A model generated the notes under the pieces. The model was not told the DNA's origin, ran no database searches, and was given only the letters and a program-made list of their open reading frames with translations. A stretch of DNA of 64,000 nt from contig NC_043005.1 of NCBI RefSeq assembly GCF_006345805.1, positions 56,606,001 to 56,670,000 of the forward strand, given 5' to 3'. This DNA is from Octopus sinensis. Its lineage: Eukaryota. This document shows positions 13,015 through 25,065 of this stretch, in pieces. How positions within the stretch are numbered: the first letter of the stretch is position 1; each line of letters opens with the position of its first letter. The translations under genes and the position numbers were made by a program.

Positions 13015-13290
13015 TTACAATCATTAATCTGTGGCCATGCTGGGGCACCGCCTTCATGAATTTTAGTCGAACGAATCGACTCTGTCAGTACATTTTTTTC
13101 TTTTTTGAGGCCTGGTCCTTATTCTAACAATATCTTATGCCGAACAGCTAAGTTACAGGGAGGTAAACACACCTACACCGGTTGTGAAGCGGTGGTGGGG
13201 GAACAAACAATAACACAAGCATACATACACACATACACATACATATATATATTTATATACGATGGGCTTCTTTTAGTCTCTGTCTACAAA
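13015..13290 (-). mobile_element. SINE family A, partial copy
   Basis: ggccatgctggggcaccgcc...ttgccgaacagctaagttacagggaggtaaacacacc...gatgggcttcttttag. Confidence 0.7.
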
Positions 13291-13315
13291 AGCCACGCCT
13301 ATATGCATACATATA

Positions 13316-13395
<80 letters not shown>

Positions 13396-13754
13396 TAAAA
13401 GCGAAATTCTGTCTTTCCGTCTGGGACCTCTGTATTTCAGTCTACACTTGCTCTACATAGACATACCCTTTTGGAATCAAGATAAATCCGAGAATGAAAA
13501 TCTGCCATTCGTTTGACTCTTGAATATCCAGCATCAGGTTCTGATTTAAAAGCATTTGGGTTTCTATTTCTAGCAGGTATACCCTGGCTGATTCACGCCG
13601 TCTTCGTTGGCGCTTATCAGACGACATCAAAAATCAAGGGTTGCGTCGTTAATTTTACATCGAGATAAGAACTTTGGTACATACTGGCCAACAGTTCTGA
13701 TTCAACTTGGGACTGGAACAATAGAATGATTGCATTGCAGAATTAATAATACAT

Positions 13755-14147
13755 TCTTTCATTCTTCATTCTTTTATTTGTTTCCGTCAGCTGACTGCTG
13801 CCATACTGGAGCGCCGCCTTTAGTCAAACAAATCGACCCAGGTCTTATTCTTTGTAAGCCTAGTACTTATTCTATCGGGCTCTTTTGCCGAAACGCTAAG
13901 TCACGGGGACGTAAACACAACATCGATTGTCATGCGATGGTGGGGGGAGACAAACACACACACACAAACACATACACACACATATATATATATGGCGGGC
14001 TTCTGTCAGTTTCCGTCTACCAAATCTACTCACAAGGCTTTGGTCGCCTCGAGGCTATAATAGAAGTCACTTGCCCAAGGTTCCACCCAGTGGGACTGAA
14101 CCCGGAATCATGTGGTTGGAAAGCAAGCTTCTTACCACACAGCCGTA
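13755..14147 (-). mobile_element. SINE family A, full-length
   Basis: Collinear with 45013-45417 and 46015-46426. Confidence 0.85.
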
Positions 14148-14169
14148 TCCGCTGCACCTCATTCCCTCT

Positions 14170-14790
14170 ATTGTGAGCGATATTCAGCTAGGGTCCTCAC
14201 TTTTGCTCCAAATGCTGAGTTACCCTATCACCGAAGATCCCTCCCGGTGAAAACACATTCTTAGCAAGCTGGAGTCGCATCCCAAAGATTTGAGTATCTC
14301 TGCAGAGAAATTATTTCATCTTTAACAGCTTTCATTCTTATATCTATATGACTCGATTAGGGCCGACAATGTGTTACTACTCTCACATCCAGGACGTTGA
14401 TACGCGCAATGACATTCTAGATCGTATCCCGAGAAGGAGTACTGGGTGACTGGCACCCCATCTCTGATGGATAGACTGTAAACTCTGGCCCACGGGTCTA
14501 CTCTCTTTGACTGTCCTGTAGCTATTATAATGGCATTTTCTCCGCTGAGCAGACTTGTCTCGTACCTGCGTCACTCAAGCATCCTTGTCCCACTCGTTTC
14601 TCCACATCTCAGAACTTTTGGTGCATCCAATTATTTTTTCTCGGCACTAATTATTATAGCCAGTACTTCCTCCCCAGAGTATCATCCTTCTGAAATCCAT
14701 TTCCCTCTAATGGCTTTTCTGCTGGTGTTAAACTATTACAGCTTAAACGGAACATTATCGGCATCTATTTCACCAGTCTCAGAGGGATTC
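14170..14790 (+). mobile_element. Decayed LINE 3' region (L2/CR1/Jockey group)
   Basis: SYYNGIFSAEQTCLVP...HPCPTRFSTS resembles the post-RT YRYYNG.CS.E motif. A similar remnant is at about 32640-32990. Confidence 0.35.
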
Positions 14791-14830
14791 TATATGTCCT
14801 TCCTACAGAATCAACAAGTAAAAGAACTAC

Positions 14831-15118
14831 ATTGTTTACATTTGACGGATATTTGTCCTTATCTTGTTTGTTGTTAACACAATGTTTCAGCTGATATACC
14901 CTCCAGCCTTCATCAAGTGTGTTGGGGAAATTTCGAACCTGGGTTCTCATTCCTAAGGTATTTTACGACGTAGATATAGATGTATCACATACCTTAGGAA
15001 TGAGAACCCAGGTTCGAAATTTCCCTAGACACCTGATGAAGGCTGGAGGGTATATCAGCCGAAACGTTGTTTTAACAACAAACAAGATTAGGACAAATAT
15101 CCGTCAAATGTAAATAAT
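14831..15118. repeat. Inverted repeat (about 130-bp arms) with a hammerhead motif in each arm
   Basis: Arms 14831-14962 and 14990-15118. HHR on + at 15029-15072 and degenerate HHR on - at 14877-14920. Confidence 0.9.
15029..15072 (+). ncRNA. Minimal hammerhead ribozyme
   Basis: ACAC-CTGATGA-A-GGCTGgagggtatatCAGCC-GAAAC-GTT^GTTT. Loopless palindromic stem III (AACGTT); the antisense arm keeps the GTGT needed for stem I. Confidence 0.78.
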
Positions 15119-15348
15119 ATACATAATTCCTCATTTCTTAAATATAGAACTGTAAAAGAACTAAATATATATGTGGGGGGGGTGCGTGCGCGCGCGTGTG
15201 TGTGTATTTGCAAACATACAATATATACATTTAGATACTTATACTGCACACACTCACACAAATATACGTATATCACATACATATATACATATGCTTACAT
15301 ACATGCATATATGTATGCACAGACAGACAGACAGACAGACAGATAGAC

Positions 15349-15450
<102 letters not shown>

Positions 15451-15889
15451 TCATGCAACCCGGCGACATCACTCATCTGATTCGCCAACAGATAACGGTT
15501 TGATATATAGAACCTGAAAAGAACTTAAAACCTCACTTTAATTAAATGGTTTCCAATTTCTGTAAGCAATTATTAGTTAATAGTTTGTCTTTGAGGCGGC
15601 TAAAGGAAAAGAACAATCGCTCTCATATTAAAAGTTATTGAGTGATATCGCTAGGAATTATATGAAAACAAGTGATAACACGCACTGGACAATCAATACT
15701 CATTTATATGCAGCTGCTATCACTCAGAGAGGACACCTCAGTTATATCTGCAACACATGTTATGATAATGGAATATACGTAAACACACCCAAATAGATAA
15801 AACTTGATTGTAAAACCAACAACTTGTGTCACAGAATTTGACTTTTAGATACTTTCAAAAAGTTTATGATGAACAATATTTATATCAAT

Positions 15890-16119
15890 GTGAGGTATAT
15901 TTGCCATCTCAATATGGCTAACCACTAAGGGTGGGTGTTACTGTAGCTTATAGCCCCAGGAGAACATCGTCTCCAGCTGGCTTTAGGCACACTTTCTGTG
16001 CCCTAAGGTATTTGCAATGTGCCTAAAGCCAGCTGGTGGAGATGTTCTCCTGGGGCTATAAGCTACAGTAACACCCACCCTTAGTGGTTAGCCATATTGA
16101 GATGGAAAATATACCTCAC
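15890..16119. repeat. Foldback palindrome, about 100-bp arms, 26-nt loop
   Basis: gtgaggtatatttgccatctcaatatggctaaccac...ggcaca / tgtgcc...gtggttagccatattgagatggaaaatatacctcac. Confidence 0.92.
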
Positions 16120-16189
16120 TTTGTCGTGCAGTTACTGTTTATACCTCGTTCAGAGATTTAATATTTATATCGCACATCATCTATTAATA

Positions 16190-16279
<90 letters not shown>

Positions 16280-16700
16280 TTAACTCCGCTTCCCACGCTG
16301 GCATGGGTTATGCGGCTTAACTGGAACTGCTAAGCCAGAGAGCTGCACCATGTTCCAATCTGAATTTGGCTTCGTTTCTACGGCTGGATGCCCTTCCTAA
16401 CGCCAACCACTCCGAGAGTATAGTGTGTGTCTTTTGCGTGTCACCGACACAAGTTCTTTTACGTGTCGCCCGCTCGGAAGCTGTTATCTGTCACCGACGT
16501 ATGATTTCACTTGGTTTGGCGAGTCTTCTCAAGCACAGCAAATCGCCAAAGGTTTGTCATCGCTTCTATGAGACTTCACATTCGAAGATCATGCTTCACC
16601 ACCTCGTTTCATGTCTTCTTAGGTCTACCTCTTCCACAGGTTCCCGCCACAATCAGAAATCAGCACTTCTTTCCGCAGCTGTCCTATTGTGGATTTCAAG
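16190..16700 (-). mobile_element. RTE-clade LINE 3' end with (TGA)n tail
   Basis: Minus strand reads GTCGRGRPKKT*NEVVKHDLR...WRFAVLEKTRQ. The 3' UTR contains ggttggcgttaggaagggcatccagccgtagaaac; poly(CAT) at 16190-16280. Confidence 0.75.
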
Positions 16701-16768
16701 CATTTTATTGGAAGTTAACATGAACTTAAAAAACAACATTAGTGAAAAACAAAAACGATTTACTAGAC

Positions 16769-17028
16769 CAGGGCTGGACAATCTGCGGCCCACAGACTCT
16801 CATCTTGCGACCCGCTTGATACTTTCTTGAAATGGGTTTACTTAAACAAACATTTAAAAAATTTTATCAAGAATTAAAGCTTGTAATGAAAAGTAAAAAT
16901 GAAAGATACTACTGCTTTTGCAACGATCATTAATTTATTATTATAATAATAGCATGAGAAACCAAAATGCTTTCAATTCTGTCAGTGATTAAAATGGCCC
17001 GCAATGTGATTCGAGTTGGCCAGGCCTG
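16769..17028. mobile_element. hAT (Buster/Charlie-type) MITE, 260 bp
   Basis: TIRs CAGGGCTGGACAA / TTGGCCAGGCCTG. Perfect 8-bp TSD TACTAGAC (16761-68, 17029-36) with central TA. Confidence 0.88.
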
Positions 17029-17422
17029 TACTAGACGTTTATGCCAAACCACTAACAGTATATCGGAGCCAGGAAAAAAACTTGTAAGAAAAGAAACTCC
17101 ATCTCCACGAATAAACTGCCTTGACAAGATCTCATATGATTTTAGTTTAAAATCTTGGATAAAAAAGATTTCAACTATAATACACCTGAATATAATCAGG
17201 ATGGCATTTTGCACAATATAAACACGGAAATTTTCTCTACAGCCACCGCCATTAATAATCCACCAATTCCTTAATGACCAACAGCAACCACAGCCACAAC
17301 AAGTTAAAAGATAATCGCATGAGATAATGGTACCGTAGGTAAATGAAATGTATTTGATCTCAGGTTAATGAAGGTTGACTTGTGACTAAACAGGAACAAT
17401 TAACAAGAAAAATATGACCACC

Positions 17423-17600
17423 CACTGGCGTGGCTAGGGTGTGTGCCGCCAGGTCGGCCCTTCCGTTTGTTGCTCTCCGGACCCCACACAAAACACATAT
17501 TGCCTAAAGTGGTGCTCCTTTAGGTAGTGCCCAAAAGCGGTGCCCCTTTCAAAGTGCCGCCCGGGAGGACCGACCTTACCGCCCCCAAGCTATGCTAGTG
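17423..17600. mobile_element. hAT-type MITE, 178 bp
   Basis: Imperfect TIRs CACTGGCGTGGCTAG / CAAGCTATGCTAGTG. 8-bp TSD TGACCACC / TGGCCACC (7/8). Confidence 0.7.
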
Positions 17601-18193
17601 TGGCCACCACCAACAATAAAATTACAATCCACCATTTACCGTCGTGGATGGTATTATTGTCCATTACTAACAACAAAACTAATATAACCACTACCAGCAC
17701 CATTACCAGCCCACCAACTTTTGAACAACAAATTGGCAGTGACAATAATAGTAACAACATCATAGCAATGTCTATAGCTATATATGTTGTATGCCAATGC
17801 AACGGATTTGTGAGGGCGCGCGCGCGTATGTGTGTGCGTACATAGGAAAGAAAGAGACAGAGTAGAGGTATTTTTATGGTTTATGTCAGGTGTGAGGGGC
17901 GAAGTGCATGTGAGCCTGCTAACCCTTCAACTAACTGCAATGATACAGTAATTTCTCCTACCTAAATCTTTCACCCTGTCATCTCATGTCCATTTTGTTT
18001 CATAATTGTGTCTATTGGGACACTTACTTAGCTAACTGTAACTGCTTCGTTACTGTCTTGGAAAGTTGGGCTTCATAAAACCGAAACAAAGCCCGGCTAA
18101 TTAAGAAGTTACAATTACAAACCATTAATGACACAATGGCATGTTGATAATGTGGATTCTAGCCTGTAGCTGGTACTTATACACGTATAGATT

Positions 18194-18371
18194 TATAGAA
18201 GAAAACAGTGTACATTCAAACACATAAGACATGACCAATAATAGGACATCTGACTCACTAGATGCAATTCTGAAAGGGAATAATTGCAACTATAAGTGGC
18301 TTGGAGTTTTAACTGCTCTTTCTAGTGAGTCAGATGTCTTATGTGTTTGAATGTACACTGTTTTCTTCTAT
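18194..18371. repeat. Inverted repeat, about 50-65-bp arms
   Basis: tatagaagaaaacagtgtacattcaaacacataagacat...ctgactcactaga / tctagtgagtcagatgtcttatgtgtttgaatgtacactgttttcttctat. Confidence 0.88.
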
Positions 18372-19759
18372 GAATAATGTATAGTCTATTGACTAAATTT
18401 TTTCTTCTCGCTAGACCACTGGTAACAAAGAATTTTTCTATAAATATTTTTGCTACCCTAAGATTTTTTAATTAATGATAAAACGTATAGACTTATAGAT
18501 ATGTGAACGTAGACAAACGTCGGTAGAAACATAGAGGTTCAAATATTCAATAACAGGCTGGCGAACATACATACATACATACATACATGCATACATACAT
18601 ATATACATACATACATACATACATACATACATACATACATACATACATACATACATACATACATACATACATACATACATACATACATACATGGCTGGAC
18701 ACAACATCAACAACACAACCGAGGAACAGAATGAGGATCTATTTCTGTTTGGTTGCCAGCGGCTGCCAGCGTCAGTTTTCAGTTCGAATTGATTTCATAT
18801 TCAGTGTAATAATACACTTTTATGGGCTAATTAATGACGTGAAAGTAATTTTCGCTATAAATCAATAAATAAAGAGTTAATAGTAATTAAAGTTTGAATA
18901 TTTTGGTAATTTTAGCCAATTGTAAGCCACAGACACATTCATGCCAGTTTCGATAGTAACAAGCGGAAACATGTTACCATAGTAACAGTTTTTGAAAAGT
19001 CTGCGAGGAAGCACGTGTTGACAGCAGTCTTATTTACTCGTTCCTTTTTGTCGTTGAGTATTGAGGTGGTTGTGAAGTGTGCTAAAAACAACAGCTAAAT
19101 AAGATTTTTGTTTTTTTTGATAAATCGTTTAAATTCAAGTTTATTTGCCAATATCTCGCTCAGAGATTTAAAACTGCTTTTCTCGGATCTTTTCTGTTTG
19201 GTTGCCAGCGGCTCCAAAAATTAAAGTTTACCGAAAATTTTAAAATTTGGCACAATAATACAATTGCCCAAATTGAATTGCTGGAGTTATTTCCTTTTTC
19301 CAGAAAAATGTTTTTAAAATATTTCTATTTTTGTAATCACTAGAATTCTTATATGTTTGCTAGGGCTAGATAGATCTCCAAATAGCAGGCCATGCTACTC
19401 CAGACTAATGACGAGCAAAGACTCAGAAAGTAGTCTCTGGTTGCAGGCTTAGCTGTGTGGAGGTGCTTATCTCCCCCTTGTAAACATAAGGACACAAGGA
19501 AATGTGTCAAGGCCGACAGGAAACGTTGGTGCTTCCTAGGGCTAAATAGCAGTAGTGTGATTCCCTTCATGGGACTGTCACATTAAGTTGACAGTATACA
19601 GCTATTCTATCGTACCACTACTGCTTATATCTTTCTGAAATATTTAGAAATGTAATATTTCTATGTTTTTAAAATGTTATAGAAGTTTAAAGTTTGATCA
19701 TTTTCACCCAGTCGGGAAACAAGAATTGGAAGCTGTAAGGTTAGCTCTGGTAGAGACAA

Positions 19760-21810
19760 AATTGATCCCCAAATACAGAACCACCCACATGGCAAAAAAA
19801 CTACCGACCAATTGCGTGTCAGAACTTAATGTATAAGTTATATACCATATGTTTAAACCTCTTCCTCCAGGACCATTGTGAAACCAATAACATCACAGCA
19901 GAACAAGCAGCCAGGAAGTGGGGAGTCTGGAATGTGCCTACCAATTGTTAATCAACAAAGCTGTGATGTCAGAGGTGCGAGAGCATAGGAGGAACCTGGT
20001 TTCAATGTGGCTAGACTACAAGAAAGCTTTGACTCTGTTCCTCACTCATGGATGCCAGAAGCCCTTCAACTTGGTAAAGTTCCAGTGAGCATAGTCAAAG
20101 CCATAGGTGAGCTGACTTCCTCGTGGGTCATCATCTTGAAATTAAACACAAAGAGTGACTGTATTATCACTGATAGAATACAACATCGCAAAGGTATATT
20201 TCAAGGGGACAGCCTCTCTGTAATGTTGTTTATGCTTTCTGTAAACCCCTTGTCATTCATGTTAAGGAAGTCTGAAGGATATCTCACTGGTTCGCAAGGA
20301 AACAGAAGTACCAAAATTACACACTGTTTCTTTGTGGATGACTTGAATCTTTATGCAAAGAATATACACGAGATGAAAAAGAGCCTTGACTTAATTACAA
20401 CATTCTCAAAGGATGTAGGGTTGGAGTTTGATCAGAATAAATGTTTTTATATAGTTGTGAATAAGAGAAAAACTATAAACCAGACAAGTAACATCTCCAT
20501 CAATGATTTGACTGCTTCCACTACATCTGACGAGGAATGTTACAAGCATCTAGGGGTGGATGAAAATATATCTTACAATGGCACCTGTAACAAAACACGT
20601 GTCACTAAAGAATATTACAGTCGAATAAAGAAAATATTGACCTCAGAACTCTCTACATTCAATAAAACAGTGGCCCATGATATGTCTGCAGTGTCAGTTC
20701 TCATACATTTGGGCTGCTTGATTGGATGCTTGATGAGATCCGAGCCATTGATGTGAAAATCCGAAAAATACTAACAAGCACACATAATTTCCACATAATC
20801 AGTGATGTTTACCGCCTCTACTTAAAATGAAAACAAGGCGACAGAGGCTTAACATCGAACCAAAATACCCTTGAATGTCGCATCATATCCCTTCGGCAAC
20901 GTCTTTTTACCACCAAGTGTCAAAGTGCATCTCTTGACCAAATTTGCATACATGAGGCTGATAACATCATAAGACTTGGAAGGCAACTCCTTGAGCAACT
21001 TTCTTTGTTTGATAACCTAGAATACATGCCCAAAGAAATCGCACGACTCTACTGCAACGTATCATCTGATGAAAGGATGAGCCTATATGAGCAGAAGACT
21101 ATGCATGAATATGTCAGTAGAAAGCTCCGTGATGATAGTAACATCGATCATCAAAGCAGCTTATCGTGAACCAATAGCCGGATTACTACCTCCCACTTTG
21201 AAGGGTATACGTTTGCAATCCAGGAACAAGAAATATCAACCAAGTACCTTATGCACAAAAGGGATAGAGATACATGAAAAGCAGTCAAATGTGACAAGCG
21301 ATGCAGACTGTATAGAGTTAACACCAAAATATTACCCACATCATAAGCAGTTTTCCGAAAATGTCATCACGGTATTATCTACCGATGAGACATGATGTTG
21401 TAGCTAGGACACTCTATAGGGAAATCCGTCGGAAGGATAACCCCGAGGACAAAGAAATAAGAACCCACAGTATGGTAGAAGCCATAGCCACTCATAATAA
21501 AAAGGAGTATTGGTGGAATGTCCCAATGAAGACCTCAATAAAATGTAGGCACAACAGATTTGATATAATGATTTGGGATAGAAAAGAGAAATTGTGCACA
21601 GTTGTGGAGATTAGCTGCCCAGCGGATGTTAACATACAGCTGAATATCAGTGAAAAAGAAAATATCTACGCTGAATTATTGAGAAATCTGCTGTTACTCT
21701 ATCCAGATCACAAGTTCAGATTTGTACCTGCAATTATTAGGGCCTTGGGATATGTAAGACACTGCCTAAATACCAATCTTGAGAACAAGGCTCTTTCATC
21801 TAAATTCAGA
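19760..21810 (+). mobile_element. R4/Dong-like non-LTR retrotransposon (RT plus restriction-like endonuclease), decayed
   Basis: LDYKK.FDSVPHSW, GIFQGDSLS, FFVDDL, a CCHC-like knuckle, RHDVVA, FDIMIWD..EK.CTVVEISCPAD, EKENIY. Confidence 0.88.
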
Positions 21811-21954
21811 TGAAAGAGCCTTGTTTACAGATCAGAGCCTAGTTCATTTTTTGTCGATGAAAAATGTTTAAAATAAATCATAAGAACAAGGACACACGCA
21901 CGCACACACACATACACACACACGAACACACACACACACACGTGTATATAAATA

Positions 21955-22297
21955 CCGGGGTTGGACAAAATAATGGAAACACCTTAATATAGGGTAGGAC
22001 TGCCTTTGGCAGTAACTACAGCTTGAATTCTATGAGGTATGGAATCGTACAAGGTTTGAATTGTTTCCGAAGGAATTTTTGTCCATTCTTCAGCTAAAAC
22101 AGTCTCCAGTCCTTGCAGTGATGATGGCGGTGGATATCGACTCCTTACTTGTTTTTCTAAAATGCACCATAAATGTTCAATAATATTGAGATCTGGGGAC
22201 TGTGTTGACCAGATAAGATGTTCAACTTCACTATAATGTTTCTCGTGCCATTCAGTAACAACTTTAGCTGTGTGAATTGGTGCATTATCATCCTCAA
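21955..22297 (-). mobile_element. Tc1-family DD36E (Incomer-like) 3' fragment with TIR
   Basis: TA|CCGGGGTTGGACAAAATAATGGAAACACC. ORF 21984-22297 reads DDNAPIH...SPDLNIIE with 36 residues between D and E and ends KGSPTLY*. Confidence 0.85.
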
Positions 22298-22772
22298 TAC
22301 GTAAAGTGGACAGACAGACAGACATGTTAGCATAAAAAACATTTAGTCAACATTGTGCCTCTATTCTGACTATACCCTACTGGACCAAGAATATAATCTT
22401 AATTTAATGTTAATATTACAATTCACCTATATAGATAAGAATACTAGATAGATAAAAGAAACCACACACACACGCGCGGAGAGCGGAGTATCAAATAACG
22501 CTCAACAATTACTTGTATGTTTATGAACCTAATTATCTGCCATGTTCATGACAGGAAATTTGTCACGAGTAGTTTACAACTACTTACAATATTCATACAA
22601 TATCTACTGAAACAATATGGAAAAATTTTTTTTTTTCTACAACTCTTTGTCACTAACTCTCTCAGTATTAAACTTCCGAAGAAACCTCTACCGTGTTGCG
22701 AGACATGCTATACAAAACAACCAAATTTCGTTTGTGTCATAGTTTGCTGTCTTAAAAAAAAAATAGAATATA

Positions 22773-23169
22773 CTAGCAGTATAGCCCAGCGTTGCTCGGG
22801 CTTGTTATCGTTTCGACCCTTTAGAATTGGATTTTTGAAGAGTAAAAATTTGGCATTATGTAGCTTGTTAATCTCTTTAAGTGAATATTTTTCTGGTTGA
22901 AATACACCGAAAAATGACGACACAGCAGTCAAAAAATCGTAAAAAATAGGGATTTTCATAGAAAAAAGGCACATTTTTTATGTAAATAATTTTTGATGTT
23001 AACATGGTCCGATTTGAATTTTTTCTTCTACGGAAGGAAGAGCAAGCCTTATTCTATCATACTCTCAATTTTGGTCAACTTGCGCTGCAGGATCTCGGAG
23101 GAGATAGTGTTAGTTGAAGGCTACCAAACCTGCCATACACAGACAACTTCAGCTTTATATATAGAGAGA
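22773..23169 (-). mobile_element. Complete non-autonomous Helitron
   Basis: Minus strand A|TCTCTCTATATATATAAAG...CCGAGCAACGCTGGGCTATACTGCTAG|T: 5' TC, subterminal hairpin, 3' CTAG, AT target. Confidence 0.85.
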
Positions 23170-23609
23170 TTATGTCTGCATAAAAGGCAAGATCGTCATT
23201 GTTTCGAACGGCTTTGATTATAGGTTTGCTTAGCCATAGTTTACTGGGGGCGAAGCAAAGACGAACAACAGCAGGGAAGGACACACTGGATGACGACGTA
23301 GTCCGAGATAAAATATGTCTTGAATCAAACATGGGTTGTCACGGCCGGAACACATTTGGTCATAGGTCTACTTTATCAAGGCTGAACTTAGGCCCAAGTA
23401 ACAATCTTACATGTAATGATCTTAAAACAATTGTGTATATACTATGTAACCAAGTCTCTTAACATTTTTAGGGGCAAAAAGTATAAGCAAAATTTTAAAC
23501 TTTACATTTGAATGTTTTAAAACGTTTATTGTGTTCTTTATTTTGAACACCATCTTTGCTCAAAGTCCAATTATTTATTTATATCTCTATTTATATCTAT
23601 ATCTATATC

Positions 23610-23684
<75 letters not shown>

Positions 23685-23726
23685 CAATAATAATTCTCTA
23701 AATGAGATATAGACAGTGACTGCTCC

Positions 23727-24013
23727 ATAATATAAGGGATATTAGCCAACCGAATATGGCTAGGGACAGGGCAGGGTGGTGGGGGTGTCACTGTTGCATT
23801 TAGCCCCAGGCGAATATCAACGTCACCAGATAGGCCTGACGCCATCACGGCGTCCTCTATCTTGATCTCCCTTTGCAAGATAGAGGACGCCGTGATGGCG
23901 TCAGGCCTATCTGGTGACGTTGATATTCGCCTGGGTCTAAATGCAACAGTGACACCCCCACCACCCTGCCCTGTCCCTAGCCATATTCGGTTGGCTAATA
24001 TCCCTTATATTAT
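23727..24013. repeat. Near-perfect GC-rich palindrome, 138-bp arms, 11-nt loop
   Basis: Arms 23727-23864 and 23876-24013 differ at one position (gcccc vs gaccc). Confidence 0.97.
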
Positions 24014-24152
24014 ATATATATATATAAAGAGCTAGTATATAAATATATATATAAAGTTAATTCAAACAAGAAAGCACACAAAACACAACAACGCGAGGAC
24101 GTGGAACAAATATAGTATTATTGGACGCTCAGGAAAGAAGGAAAGAAGGGGG

Positions 24153-24187
24153 GTTTAACGTTTCGGGCGGAGCTCTTCGTCGGAAAC
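24153..24187 (-). ncRNA. Degenerate hammerhead motif in a PLE-type terminal fragment (24060-24260)
   Basis: GTTT-CCGACGA-A-GAGCtccGCCC-GAAAC-GTT^AAAC; U4C core change. Confidence 0.62.
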
Positions 24188-24349
24188 ATAGAAGAAGGAA
24201 AGATCAAGAGAAGGGAAGACAGAGGGAAAAAATCGCCAACGATACACACGAGGTCACATTTTGAAAGACCGGAAGGAAAAGGGTGAAGAAAGATGTTTTC
24301 AAAGACAGAAGAGTAGTATTGTCAAAGACAGCAGAATGGTAGGAGAGGA

Positions 24350-24435
24350 ATGTGTGTTTAAGTGTGGATATGTACGTGCGCGGAGGTCTGCGTGTGCGTA
24401 TGTGCGTGTATGTGTACAATGATGACACGTGTGTG

Positions 24436-24506
<71 letters not shown>

Positions 24507-25065
24507 GGATGCGGCTGTAAACAAAGGGCTAGTAGTAGGGCTAGTTTGTAGGGCTAGTAGAATAAGGAGTGGTGTTTTTTGTCCCTGCTACAGGTCAGTA
24601 CTGTTACTTTGAAGTATGTGTGTGTGTGCGTGTATGTATATGTATCGTGTGTGTGTTTTGTTTGTAGTGTGTGTGTGTATGTATGTGTGTGTTCGTGTGT
24701 GCATGCGTAGAGTTTGGGTGTGTGGGGAATAACTGTGCTTTACTTAGTGTATGTGTGCGTGTGTGCTTGTACGTGCGTATGTGTGTATACATGTATGTAT
24801 AATTGTGTGCCGTGTGTATGGGATGTTATGTGTGGGTTCATTTGTGTGTGTGTGTATGTATGTGCGTGCGTGTCGTATGTGCGTGTAGTTGTGTGTGCGT
24901 GTACGTGTGCGTTTGTATGTGTGTGTGTGTGTAAGCGTATATGGATGTGTATGTGTGTATCCGTGGGGTTGTGAGTTTTGGGTGTGTGCATTGGTGTGCG
25001 TGTGTGCGTGCGTATGTGTGCGCATGTTTATGTGTGCATATGTGTGTATATATACTAGCTCTTTT
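24350..25065. repeat. Degenerate (GT)-rich cryptic microsatellite
   Basis: Read directly; source of the CV/HT-rich ORFs. Confidence 0.9.
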
